NCBI GenBank assembly: GCA_973895155.1
Contig: OZ316896.1
Coordinates: forward strand, 7,821,278-7,885,277
Length of the DNA: 64,000 nucleotides
From: Marsupella aquatica
Taxonomy: Eukaryota > Plantae > Marchantiophyta
Direction: 5' to 3'
Both the position numbers and the translations under genes were made by a program. The notes below the pieces were generated by a model that worked only from the letters and a program-made list of their open reading frames with translations, was not told the origin of the DNA and ran no database searches. How positions within the stretch are numbered: the stretch's first letter is position 1; each line of letters starts with the position of its first letter. Positions 24,168 through 37,162 of this stretch are shown here, piece by piece.

Positions 24168-25370
24168 TTCAAAGACTAACTTGCATCAATTGTTGAATCA
24201 TACTTACGTGGAACTGTGATATGAAATCCCTTTGAGGCGGCCAAAGCAGATTCCACCGACATGTTTAGTAAAGTGTCTTGAGAATCATACTCAAAGATTT
24301 TACTAGAATCAAAGTTCAGGGACTGCCCAGAACTAGAAGTGCTAGTAGAATCATCAGAACTAGAGGAAGTGGCCATTGAAAAATGCCTCACAAACGTTTA
24401 GATGACACGTGGCAGCCTAGGATACGAGAACGCCTATAGCTAGACCACACCACGGAGCGAGGCTATAGAGAGAGGAAAAAAATCTACTATGAGCAAGGCA
24501 AAATCAACAGAGCGAGGCAAGAAGGAGGAGGGAAACCAGGGCAGCCGGGCAAGAAGACAATGAAGGAGGAGATGGATGCAAGAAGACAATGAGGCAAATG
24601 AGGTAATGTCTTTGCCTTTTGCCTTCCTATACCCTCACTACCATGGCCGATCCTACCTGCGACTCCCAGCCACGGCTGATCGTACCTTCAATGCCCAGCC
24701 ATGGCCGATCGTACCTTTGCCTTACGCAACCCAGCCACTTGCTCCCTTCCACGTGCCTATGAACTCGCAACCCTCATAATGACCTAGTTGTACGGGTATC
24801 CATAGATTTTGAAAAATGATGCACGGTCGTACGGGTGTCCACAGAATGCCGATCAGAGTAATCAGACTTTCAACCGCTCAATGTTGTGAACCCCTGACAA
24901 ACTTGGCTAAAGCCTGCTCACAAATGGTATAAAGCTCTACAGTTCCAATCATTTCTCTCTTTTGTATGGCGCGTGCGTTTCTGGTCATTGCTCACTCTCG
25001 GTCTCACCCTTCGGCCCTTGTCTATCTTGCTTCTGTTCGGTGACTGATTCGACTGACTTGGACATTTATGGTTACAAGAGTTCGTGCAAGGAAAGTCCTG
25101 TTTCAAGTACATTGCATTAGTTTTGGTGTCCTTGGTTGGCGACATGTCTTCTAGAGTCCTTAAGAGAGGTATTACTTCATCTACCGTTCTCTTAATTTCT
25201 TCTCTATGATATCCACCAAATATTTGGCCCTAGCTTTATCTTAATATATGGACCAAACTAAGCCCTAGATAATGTAGGGTTCCTAACGACACACTCGTCT
25301 ACCCACACGTCTACACACTTCAATGGTCTAATTCAGCTTAATCATTCCCATGATTTATTCCTTGAAATGA

Positions 25371-27660
25371 TTTTTTAATAAAGATAATGGCGGCCGCGAA
25401 AAGCCCCACGGCCAGGGCAAGCAAACAGCCAAACAGGCCACAAACCAGGACCCCAATCAACAAGGGGACCAAAGCAACAATGTGAAAACACGCACATGGG
25501 GGCCAAAGCAACGGTGTGAAAAGGCCCAATACAATAAGAGAAGCACTGAATGCAGCCCCCGCAGCAAGCAGCTCATAAGCCAGATGTGATACGGCCGCAG
25601 CCGTGTCGTATCCAGTGCCTACGAAGGGTATCAATCCATGTTTTGGCTCTAAGGATTCAGGTACCTTTCCGGCCCGGAGGAAGCCCCCGGCTAGCCGCAT
25701 AAAGGTTATCAGCCATCTCCGAGAGAACCAGGCCCAAGTCAAAGACTCTACTGCCACCAGCCTGGAACATGTGTGTGTTCCGGCCCAGCCAGATAGACCA
25801 CAAGATCTGATACAGGATAAAAAGCTTTGCAACATGGGCAGGGTCTTTCCCGAAAGCAGCATCTAGCAAAGGCAGCAGACCCTGCCCAAACGGCAAACAG
25901 AGAACACACAGGAATGATTGGCATAACCGCCAACAGCAATCAGCATGGACGCAGAAGACGAAGAGGTGAGGGATGGTCTCCACCGTGCCGCTGTAGAGCT
26001 TGCAGTCCCCGTTGCTCATCTCCAAATGCAGTGCCCGCGCACCAGTAAAAAGGCCACCTGCAATAATGCGCCAGATAAACGTCTTGCCTCTTGCCGGCAA
26101 GTCCAAGCTCCAAAGTTGAGACCAGACAGTGCCACCGACCAAATGTGGTTCCACCGAGAGAAAACAGAGATTTGTGGCCTCAAAATTGGTAGACGCGGCA
26201 ATTAGCAATCTTGAAGTCCTTCAAATTCTCCGGCTTGTCTACCCACCGCCACTGTTTGGCATAGAGGAAGCAGTCAAACCTGCAAGCACTTGAGCTCCAA
26301 AGGAGCTCTAAGAATTCAAGAGCCAGTCTCCTGTGCTCAAATGTGAACCCTCTCATTGTCTGCCATCTTAGTGGCAGGTCTCTCCAACCATCGTCCTCTC
26401 TAGACCAGCCATCCCCAATTGATCTCAATCCAAGTCGCCCACAAAGAGCAGTAATCCCAACCAAGTCATCATTCGGGAGAGAATTAAACCCTTGCAGGCA
26501 ACAAAGAGTGTCATGAATACTCCAACGTGCCGGAGTCCCCAACCTCCCAGGGACAAAGGAGAGGTGGGCCCGCACCAGCTCCCAGCACCTCCAAAGCCCC
26601 CCAGTGTATGGCAACCCGCAAAAGGAGCGTGGAGAACACAGGAGCAACATGTCCTGGAAAGAATATTGGTTCCTACGGATCACTTTATAGTTCTGCCAGC
26701 CCATCAAAGCCAAATTGGCCTCCAGCATTCTTGCCCATTCCAGGTCAGGAGAGTTCAGAGCCTTAGTGAACCATTGTGATAGTAAAGCATCAGAGTGACT
26801 GCGAAAATCTTTAAAGCCAAGTCCCCCTTCAGTTCTTGGGAGAGACATCTTGGCCCATGCCACCAGCGGTACCTTTCGACCCCCAGCAGGGTTGTATCCC
26901 CAAAGGAAGTCCCGACACAGTGCAGTCAGCTTCTTGGCCAGCCCTGCAGAGGACTTAAGATACATTACATGATAAATGGGAATTGCTTGCAAGACATGCT
27001 TAACTAGTAGTGATCGACCAGTGAATGATAGCAGCTTGTTAGTCCAAGCCGACAACCGCAGACTAATCCTGTCCAGGCAAAATTGGTGGAGTTGTTCCGT
27101 AAGCAAGCCCACCCCCAAAGGAGCTCCTAAATATTTTTGAACCTCACCGCGCCCGCTGATATGGCAACCGGTGTTCCTGAGCCACTCTGGCACCAACTCC
27201 ATAGCCAACGGTATCACCACAGACTTCTCCAAGTTCAGCTTCGCCCCCGAGGCCATCTCATAGCAACCTAATGCCTGTGTTGTATTGTCAAAATCCTCCT
27301 CAATAGCCGGAATGAACATACCCACGTCATCCGCAAAAAGTCGGTAGCATATGGTGAGCTCGTCTGAGATCTGCAGTCCACTGAGTCTGCCCTCCTCTAT
27401 CTCAGCGGCCAATAAGTCCATCAACGGTTGAGTGGAGATCACAAAAAGTAACGGTGAGAGTGAGCACCCTTGCCTGACCCCCCATTTGAGAGTAATAGGG
27501 CCCGAGAGAAGTCCATTCACAAGAATTTTAGAGGAAGGTAGCGTCAACAAGGCTTTCACCAGTAGAATAAAACGGCCGCTGATTCCTAGCAAGTGCATAC
27601 ATTCCCAAATGTAATCATGGCAGACCCTGTCAAAGGCTTTTTCGAAATCCACCTTCAAAA
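25371..27660 (-). mobile_element. 5'-truncated L1-type LINE (RT C-terminal half + zf-RVT)
   Basis: KVDFEKAFDRV, GVRQGCSLSPLLF, FADD, KYLG, GGLG, ETIPHLFVFC, IWLGRN; frameshifts near 26200 and 25900; short A-tail at 25371-25376. Confidence 0.9.
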
Positions 27661-27662
27661 AA

Positions 27663-28390
27663 AGAGCTTCCTAGTCATGAGGCCGGTTCGGCCCTCCTCT
27701 TATCCGGTCCTCCTAGGCAGGCCGTGGCTGTACGGTGGCCGTGTAGTCACGGATTGGGGAAAGAAGGAGCTACGATTCGGGACACCCACAGTACGGGTAT
27801 GATAGGCAATGGACGATTACCAGGGCGAAACTCCACAGGGACCCGAGGAATATGATTCGGAGACCTTGGAGGAAGAGGAACTCAATATGATTGAACTCAT
27901 CTCGTCCCTGTCCGAGGAAGATGTCTTCGGAGTTGAGGCAACCCGGGAAACACATCTCCTGAATTACCCGAAGGCTGCTATTGAGTCCACCCTGAGCACC
28001 TCCACCGCCCGGGATGAGGAAACTCAAAAACAACTGATCAATACAGAGGATACGGCTCCAGCTAAGCAGGGCGCCGATGCTGCTTCTACCAGTGCAGAGC
28101 CTCGTGACCACGAACCGGCCAAACAACCGCCCGATGCCAAAAACCTGAGACCAAGACATAAGAAACGAGTTTCCTGGGATCCGTCCATCCCACAATTGGA
28201 GGAAGTGACTCCAATCCCCAAACCAATCCTGGTTCCACCCATGTACAGAGGAGTTCGGTTAGCTGAACTCGATGCGAGCCTGGACCCAAGCTTGCGGAAC
28301 CAGGTTGAAGTCATCAGGAAGGAACACTACCGGAAGTACACCATTGGGATGGATAAGTCGTTTAACCTGGGCCACGCTCTGACTGGGGAG
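27663..28390 (+). pseudogene. Ty3/gypsy pol fragment (protease C-terminus and PR-RT linker)
   Basis: SYPVLLGRPWL..VVTDW aspartic-protease C-terminal motif, then an acidic linker ending FNLGHALT. Confidence 0.7.
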
Positions 28391-30287
28391 GCTAGCAGAT
28401 CCCCTTCAAGCTTAGACCAAGATTACATCCTAGCATGGACTCTTCTCTTGCTCTCCTATACTTCAAATGCACTCACACTTAATGGTCACAATGAAGATTG
28501 GCAAGTCTCCTTTTATTGCATCATCTTTACAACAAAAGTTTACTACACATTCTCCACACTAAGCATGGACCACCTCTCCCTTCTCAAGCTTAGACCTACC
28601 TTGGCAAGGTAGAAATTCCACTTAAGAGATGAGACTTCCGGTCCCTAACAAAGGCCCGTCTACAACAGGAGAAAGAATACAAGAAAATTAAGTAGGTTAG
28701 GATCTTATTAGATGGGATGCAAACTGATCAACATTTGGGTACGTAATCACTTCCAAAGCGCCTTACCCTAAATATTGTAGCAATCTTCTTCTGCATATCA
28801 AAATAGGCGTCACGTTCTGCTTCAGTCCTCCATTCCACTGTTACCACGGTCATAGAGTGCTTTACCAACAACTGAAGAATGCCTGCACATGAACACAATT
28901 ATGAGACCATCAATGCATCATTTGCTAACAAAGTCAACCTAACGGACAAATGATATCAACAACTGCAACATACTTACTTTTGGTTTTTTTTAGTGTAATT
29001 GCCACCAAGTGTAGAGATAGGAATTGATATGCTTTACTCGTGCTACCATTCATCATCTTCAACATTTTGTTGAAATCCCCCCACTCGCATAGAGGACAGT
29101 ATTTCCTGAAATAAGGAAAGAGATCCTTAGGTTCATTCATGTCAATTAGTACACATTTGTGAACATTCTTTGTTGCTCATGAACATTGTAACTCACATAA
29201 CACAACATGCTGCTAAGACTGTAAACATGCTTTTAACACCAATTTTGGCAATATCAGTATGTTTGTTAAATTCCAGATAATTATTGCTAATATAATCTAG
29301 TTTAATTTTTTAATGAAGATAATTAAATTAAATTATAATTAATTAATCCATGGACCCCATGTTCGTCCAAGGAATGTGTGTGATGAAGTTGAATCAATTT
29401 TTAGCAAGGCGATAATCGATGGGTTTGAGTCTCCTGATGGTCTAGGTGTGTGCTCGTACAAAAGAGAACGCTCAAAGATAGAGGAGATTTATCAAACAAA
29501 AGGTTGAACACTAGTACATTTTTGGCCCTTTTTCTGATCCTAACAACATCGGACCCCTTCAGAAATTTTGACGCGGAAAAATGAGGCGTCCGATGTGATT
29601 TACTTCACAATTTCCCATACTTCACTCATCGGATATCGACAATCGGACATCCATCGGACTTTCCGTTGCTGAAACAATCGGTACATCCGTTACTGGATGT
29701 TTCGGATAATTTGTGTCCGATTCTAATTTCATCGGATACTAAGATGCTACAGCAAGGTAATATCAAGGGTCCAATGTATTTTATATGGGATAGTCCGATG
29801 TAAAACATATCGGAGTTTGCGTAGCAATACGTATCGGGACATCCGTAGTGGTTTGTAACGCAAATTGCGATGCTAAAAATATCAGACATTTGGGAGGAAG
29901 GGTCCAAAATATTTTACTTCGGAAGTTCCGTAGCTTATGGTATCGGATATGAGCTGGGTCACTGGCTTGACTAATAATGGATATTTAGGGTTTGTGGGGG
30001 TTTAATACTGGATTCATGGGAATCATTTGGGGGTTTAGGTTTAGGGTTCAGGCTGAGATTGACAAAATAGGGTCCAAAGAGCATGCTCAAAGCAAGGTAG
30101 TGGTTGAATTAAATATCAGGTTTTCACAATGGGGAACACCCCAATATGTACAAAATGAAATGGGCAGATAGGCAGTAGAGCCATATGGCCGGCGACGGCT
30201 ACATGAAACACCAAAATGAGGCTCTAACTGGCCTACACTATCTGGTACCTCTAATCAAAGCTATCAAACACTATGTACCACAAACCT

Positions 30288-30997
30288 CTAAAAAGGTGTG
30301 TTGCGTCCCTTCTTCTTCTTCGGGCGAGAGCGTGGGCGGGGTACAGGTTCGGGAGCGCGAGACCCCTCATGTTGGTGGCTGCCCACAACCGTGGCAGCCA
30401 CCTGCTCAGCGGATGGCGTGGGTTGGCCTGATGCCGGTCTAGACCCTAAACCACTAGATGCACCACTACGGTGCTCAGGCAAGACAGATGTCCCACCACC
30501 CCCCGACACAGCAAAGTGGAAGGAGCCCTCTCCGATAGACCTACGCGAGTGATGGGATGCTCCACCTGCATGTGCTATCTCTGGCCCGTGCCGTGCTGTA
30601 CTCCCACCAGACTCACGAGATGGCGCTCGACCCCTAGAACCACCATCCTGTATGTCACTAGTCCCTCGTCGTGGAGGGCCAGCTGGTGCACTATGTACCC
30701 CTGACTGATGGCCTGGTCCCACACGACCTCTACTACCCCCTGACGGCCCGGGCCTACCACCCCGTGATGCTGTTGAATGATGGGAGCCCACACCATCAGC
30801 ATCATGTGAACCAACACCCTCTGCTGATGTGGGGGCAACATGAGGGATAGGGGTAACCGTGGCCACTCTTGCCGACCCTGCCGCATCCTCTGCATCCTCA
30901 TTACCTGCATTCTCATCACCAGCATCCTCATCACCAACATCCTCATCACCTGCCCCACCTGACTCCTCATCCGATCCTGACTCCTCCTCCTATGCAA
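30288..30997 (-). CDS. Gly/Ser/Arg-rich low-complexity ORF ending in a basic NLS-like motif; probable last exon of the CACTA accessory gene
   Basis: ...RPRSRPKKKKGRNTPF*; same strand as 33644-34843, downstream of its splice donor. Confidence 0.4.
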
Positions 30998-31441
30998 GAC
31001 ATAGCTAGGATTAAATTGTTGTTAAATTAGTTTATATAGGGCCTCCAAAACTCTAACAAATTCACCATAACCAAAAACATTTTCATAACCTAGGGGGAAC
31101 ACAAACCTCTCCCAACTCATCCTCAAGGTGGCGCTTAAGAGCGCGGGGTCCATTCCTCTTTGCCAAATCCCTCTCGGATGGCCCAATAGGTCTACCCCAC
31201 TCCCTTTCCTGGCAGTTCACAGTCCCAAACAAAATATCCCATTAGCATGAAACCAAGCAATCTTGGACCCCATAATGCACACCCTACATACCCCTCATTA
31301 AAATTGTTATCATAGTAAACCCTAATTTAAAATAGGACCCCGGCCACATATCCATACATATCCTATACCCTATATATAAACCCCTAATCAAACTAGTTCT
31401 CAAATTTAACCCTAATTTAAAAAACTCCACAAAGTGCTACT

Positions 31442-33376
31442 TGTAAGTAGTGGTAATTCCAAAAGCATGAAGAAACTGAAAATTTTTAAATTTTTTACGG
31501 TGTTTAGACTGCAATTATTGCTAACTGTAACTGAAACAGCATTCAAAGTTACTAAGTTTCTAAGTTACGAGTAAACTCAGTTTACGAGTTTACTAGTTCA
31601 CTGCTTTACGAGTTATGCCTTAAGAGTTGGCGACCCTGTGATCGTGATATCTTACGGCTAGTTCAACGGGACTCCACAACGGATGAAGAGCTCACCTTGA
31701 AAGGGAAGGAATGCAAGACATAGGCGCTCATTACTGACTTCTCTCCCATCTTACCTCTCAAACTCTGGCCAACTTCAACCGGTATTTCAGAGATGTCAAA
31801 TGGAGACTTCGACCTTTCTATTCCAGGATGATGAATAGTGATGAGTTCCCGTATCATTATCCCCAAGTGTATGCTGCTACCTGTAACAACTATGATGTGA
31901 TCGGGATGTACAGAGAAGCTCTTTGTATAGATTCATGTTAAGTGATGAAGAGAATGCCTTTGATGTATCCTGAGAGACAACTGAGGTGCCTACCTTACTC
32001 CAAAGGATCCCCACGCCAAGCTGAGCTGATAGAGGTTACCCAGAATCAAACTGTTACTCTTGTGGAGTTACTAGAACCAGAGGACATTCGACAGCAAGCT
32101 TGAAGAAGTCTTTAAGTGTTTTTAGTTAGTTTTTAGAGTAGTGCATCTTATCTTATTTTTAGAAATGTGTTCTAAAGCTTTGGAAGCTGTCATACTTCTT
32201 TAGTGTATAGTCTGTACCTAGGAAAACCTCCTGGCAAAACCTCAGAGTTTTCTGACTTATAGTTAGGAAGTTAAAAATAGTTGAATTCATCAAGTCTTTA
32301 CTTTACCGCGATTACGAGTTACGAGTCAATGACTTTACGAGTTTACATCTTTACGACTTTACGTTTTTATGAGTTTACTAGTTTAAGAGTTACTAGTTTA
32401 CGATTACGAGTTTAATAGTTTAATAGTTTACGAGTTTACGAGTTTACTAGTTTACGAGTTCAGACTTAGTCATTTTTCCGACTTTTCACTCACAGTTTTG
32501 TAGTTTTAACTTTTTGAGGAGTATGAAGAGGCATGTCTCTTCGACCCTGTGACCTCTCACTCGGTAGATTTTTACTATAAGATAGCTCTACCACTAGTGT
32601 AGATTATGGTAAAGTATAGCAATTTTTGCCTTTCCTTGGTGTTCTGCCAGTTGATCATGAATGTTAAGAGTTCAAGATCAAGCTTGACACCAGGAGAAGA
32701 CTTTCCTCCTTCTTGTGGTTTAATCCTTTGAATAAATCATGGGAAGTAAAATTCCAATTGTGTAAATCTTATGAGATATGATGACAGATTCCTCTTTGGT
32801 GACTCATTACAATCTCCTGAGTTCTTGAAGTTAACTCACTGAGTTTAAGTCTTATTTGAAATTGATGGATTTTCTTTCGTGTTGCTTAGTACCATCTAAA
32901 TGTTGAAGTAGCTACCTTTTAGATTTTATCTGAGTACCACTTAGAAAGAAAGGATAAGACATGTTGACGGCATTTTAAAAGGTACTCTAGTAAGCAGTTT
33001 AGATCTGAAAAGCAATATGGATTTGAATCCTTAAGTCTTTTCATTTTGACTTATGTTTAAGGAGTAACCTTGGAAAATTCCAGACTCCCTTAGCATACTT
33101 TGAGATATTTTTCCTTGCGTTTTGTTAATTATTTCCTTTTCATTAATTTATGTTTACATGATGCTGAGTTATCATTGAAAACTACTCACCGCTGTGGAGC
33201 GATCTTCAAAATACCTTAGTAAAGTAATCAATCCTGATTACTATGTGTTAAAGAGAGTCCTGAAACTCTCATTTGTGTTTTTATGTATCAAATCAACCCC
33301 ATCTTGTTCTTTACGGGAACGAATACCGAGTTTGAAGACCTTTAAGTGTGTTTTTGGTTCTTCATAGCAAACTACA
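31442..33376. mobile_element. Solo LTR family C (1935 bp)
   Basis: TGTAAGTAG...AACTACA termini; TSD CTACT (31437-31441, 33377-33381); internal TTTACGAG microrepeats at ~31560-31620 and ~32310-32460. Confidence 0.85.
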
Positions 33377-33643
33377 CTACTCAATCATGAAACCCCTAAA
33401 CCTAATACCCGAGTTAAACTATTGCTATAAGCCCCCTAAAAATGCCACAAAACCTGATAATTAAGCTTTCCACGAGGGGTCCGATTCTCCATCCGATTGT
33501 CTTAGCATCGAAACTGCCTCGGAACGTTAGTGGCAAAAAATGAATAACAAGAGGTCCAATGCCGGGTCCGATGCAGAAAGAATTGGACACCTATTGGAAA
33601 GCACAGGGCCGAGAGCAAATTACACCATTGGGCCGCACAGGGT

Positions 33644-34843
33644 TTAAAGCATTTGGAGGCAAAAAATGGTCACTCTTCGCAACAGAAGGTCAGGTGGTCG
33701 GGGGGAGGAGCTAGGGAGGAGGGAGAGGGGTCTTACAAATTCGGCCTTCAGTCGATTAGAGCCGCCTTGCCCCATCCGGCGAGTGACCACAGGTCGACCT
33801 TGCACTTGTTGCAAAGCTGCTATGATGTCCTTTGGTGACTTGGGGAGTCTTACCTCTTGTGCATGCCACTGTCGTAGCATCTGTTGGAGGGGGAGGATGT
33901 CAATTTCCTCTCCAGCTTTCCTCTTCTCCTCTGCCAGGCTGATTTTGAGATTGTAGTGACGTTTTTGCAGCCAGGCTTGGACTGCTAGTTCCTCCTCAAG
34001 CCAAGCTGCCCACTCATATGAGGAAAGCGCATCTGGACAGCCCTGCTCCCTGACCACCTTTGCATCGATTGGCATCTCAGCAAGGTAGTTCCTGAATTTC
34101 TCTCTTTGATGGTTTCGCATGTCTGAGAGTGAGGCGGATATCCTCTTGTTCAAGAACCTATCATCAATATGTGCCCCATTCTTGAATCGTTCTTTCACTT
34201 GCTCTCAAATTCTGGATTTCTCTTCCTCCTTCTTCTTGCCCCAGTAATCTAATGGCCCCAAATTGGCCCGCACCACTTGTTTGAATTGGCTGCGAAAGAG
34301 ATTGTAGCCCCTGGGTAATGGAGAGCCACCTGAGTTTAGGGGTAGCTCAGGCCTCAAAGCTCTCTCTGCTTCCTTTCGCTTGAGCTCCTCTACTCGCCCC
34401 TTCTCAGCTTCCCTAGCCTCCCTCCAAAGATTCTTCTCTCGTTTTTGAGGAGAGAGAGACTCCTCTGCATCTGCCCTGCTTCTCTTTGCCTCCTTCTTCT
34501 TCTTCTTTGCAGCTGCAATGGCTGCTACAGCAGCTTTCTCAGCCTCAATCTTTGAGGCATCAAACAAGGTCTACAAAAGCGGGACTACTCTAGCTGCATC
34601 CTCCACACTCAACCTGACCCTAGCAACAAAAATCTCCTTCATCACCTCATCATATGCCCGAGAAGGTCCAGCCCCATCCCCACCACCAGATTCGCCTCCC
34701 ACCATCTCCCCTCCTCCTTTGAGCTCCCCTCCCAGCCTCTGCAATAGCCTAAGTGTCAAGTGCGAAGCTTGTCCCAACTCGCGGGTCTTCGCACCAGCGT
34801 TGGGACTTCTTTTTTGAAATCTGGCCTGTTGCGTCCGATGCAA
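33644..34843 (-). pseudogene. CACTA accessory (TnpA/Ptta-like) gene, decayed
   Basis: One frame broken by stops at 34571 and 34205; GCPDALSSYEWAAW and VTRRMGQGGSNRLKAEF followed by a GTAAGA donor resemble Ptta/EnSpm ORF2 motifs. Confidence 0.55.
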
Positions 34844-35873
34844 ATTGCTTCGGACTTTCTTAAGCCAAGAACATCGGTATTGGTATCGGACCTTCCGATA
34901 TGTTTGACATCGGACCCCTCGTTGTTAATGGGTTGCCTTTTGTTTGCCAAGGTTTGTCCATTTCTTATAGTATCGGACCCCTCGTAGAATTCTTTCGGAT
35001 GCACCTTTTCTTTCCCAAAGGGGGTGTGATGTGTTTAGTTTGGGTTGAATTGGGTATGGATTCTAGAGTTTTGGGGTTTTTTGAATTTGGGTTGGGTATG
35101 GTTGTGTTAACATTTTCTTTCCATTTGAATTGACAGGTTTTTTAATGTAGGGTGATACATACCTCACTGGGAGGGTGACCGTGATGTGCATGTGACTCTT
35201 GTGCATACTAGTTCCTTCTTCACGAATACAATTTTTGGGTTTGTTCTTGATTTTCATTTTTTGGGGGATAATCTTACTCTGGTTGTGCATACCTAATATG
35301 TTAGGCTATAATGATGCAATTCTTATATAGTCTTGCTTGAGACATTGGTTTAGGGATTTTATGAGGATAGTGTTGTACATTTTCTTATGATAAAGTGAAG
35401 CCATTGTTAGGCTAATGTTTGTGTTTGGATATGATGTGCAGTACCTTGATTTTGGCATGGAGGGGTAGGTTAATTAGTTTTTTTGAGGGGGGTTGGTAGT
35501 CTTTTTTGATAATGCACTATGCATAGCGTGAGACCGCTCGTCCAAGAGGTATGATGTTTCTTGGCCCATCCATGTATTCTCCTCAAGTTGTAACATAGAG
35601 GTTTACTTTGGCAAGTTTGACACATCGTTTGCCGAGGTGTGCATGTCATGCACTTTTTTCACTTAGCTCACTATTGAAATGCCCACCTTGCAGAGATTTT
35701 GGATATCCCATACTTTGTGTGTCGAGAATATAGCCCAATAGGCACAGCAAAGCGCGGGTATCATTGAGGTACGTAGGGCAATGTCTCTCTATGTAAATCT
35801 CCTTAATTATGTTTGTATATACATCGACACAAGAAGTTGTTTAATCTAACTTACATGTTGGATATGTATGTAG

Positions 35874-37162
35874 ATGTCTGCATCCGATAGTTCCACATCG
35901 GATTCAGACTCTAACACGAGCTCGTCCGAGGGGGAGGTTCCTCCACCCCCTCCTCTTGACCGTCCTCGTGCTCCACTAGGGCCCATACCTTGCTGGTGTG
36001 TGAGATGCAAGGGACTTGTGGTTCAACATGCCTGGGAGACTTGTGAGCACATTGAGAACTATGGTCGCCATGAGGGTGATATGCCAGGTTATTTGCCTAA
36101 CCAGGTAAATAATTATACATACATCCCCCCTTTCATTTCATGAACGGCAATTGGTGAAATATTGTATAATTAGCTTGCATTCAAATAACACTACTTAATT
36201 TATTGTGTGTTGAAATAGGTGCCTCGTAGACCCCCACCTCCTTTGGTTGATGATGATGTGTGGCTAGAAGGGTTTCTAGCAAGGGCAAGGGACTTGCTTG
36301 CATCCCCCCTTGCCCATCCACCTCTTAGCCCCCTGCTCCTATCCCCATAGTCGAGCATGTAGAGGGTGAACCGGTCTCTTGACCGGAGGTTGGGTGTACA
36401 AGAGTCCTACGTACACGACCACGGTCTCGCAGACGTAGACGGCAATATGAGCCACTGGAATAGGTAGACAACAGGGAGGAGGTGTTAGGCAGTGCCCGAC
36501 CATCCAACAACGTAGATTATATTGGAGTTGACGGACGGTTTGGAGCATCTTATCTCACTGGTAGGGCAGCCAACGTTTTGAAAGACTTTGATCCTAGTCT
36601 CTTCAAATTTCCAGACTACATTCCTATTAATGAACCAGTTGAGATATGGGGTCGCTCTTGGATAGTGAAAGATTCCTCCATTGGTGCTGATATAGGATAT
36701 GGTCTATATGCTTTGGAGGACATTATTGTCCCTCCAAAGCCATGGAGACGTGGCTATGATGGAGAGCACCTTTTTCCTTACATTGGAGCTGTATACAACG
36801 CTAAGAGTTGGAACATTTTGTTGCGTCAACACCCAAGTTGGGGGGTGTACGCATTGAGGATGGACTCAGACCCAGACAAGGTCTTCACTAGGCCGTGGCA
36901 TTGTAGGATGATTGATGGTGACCCTGTTTGGAATTGTAATTTAGTAGGGTACATCAATAGTACCACGGGTAGAGGTAGAGATTTGGAGGCTAATGTAGAG
37001 TGGATCCAGATGTTTGGTCCACCTAGAGCTCCATATTTTGTGAAACATATGGATGATCACATCATGACGGTCACTGTTAGGACCATTAGAGCTGGCGAGG
37101 AGTTATTGTGTGATTATGAGTGGGATGCACCAAAATTGTCCCTACGTTCCCGTCCAAGATAG
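35874..37162 (+). pseudogene. SET-domain gene with N-terminal CxCx2C..H (transposase-associated-like) motif, inside the CACTA
   Basis: VKDSSIGADIGYGLYALEDI, PYIG, IDGDP, NLVGYINS, ANVEW, RTIRAGEELLCDY; intron 36105-36218; lesions at 36320-36465. Confidence 0.8.

Larger units (their letters stand above)
15125..24376 (-). pseudogene. ParB/Srx-like + degenerate amino-MTase-fold gene (copy 1), spliced, interrupted by a family B element
   Basis: Exons ~24376-24209, 23698-23338 joined to 18710-17553, and 17341-15125. YRMFNQAH..MSGQHS (ParB-like); VNPHAKP..LKNIIECFSGEGETVLNFF(S)EGQVLKVAL (MTase motifs X/I). Collinear with 54859-59742. Confidence 0.6.

Noticed and set aside
24900-24945. LTR end + Met-tRNA PBS (CTCACA-AA-TGGTATAAAGC)
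   Set aside because: Imperfect PBS match with no recognisable gag or partner LTR.
31310-31420. Telomere-like AACCCTAA motifs
   Set aside because: Isolated telo-box-like words, not an array.
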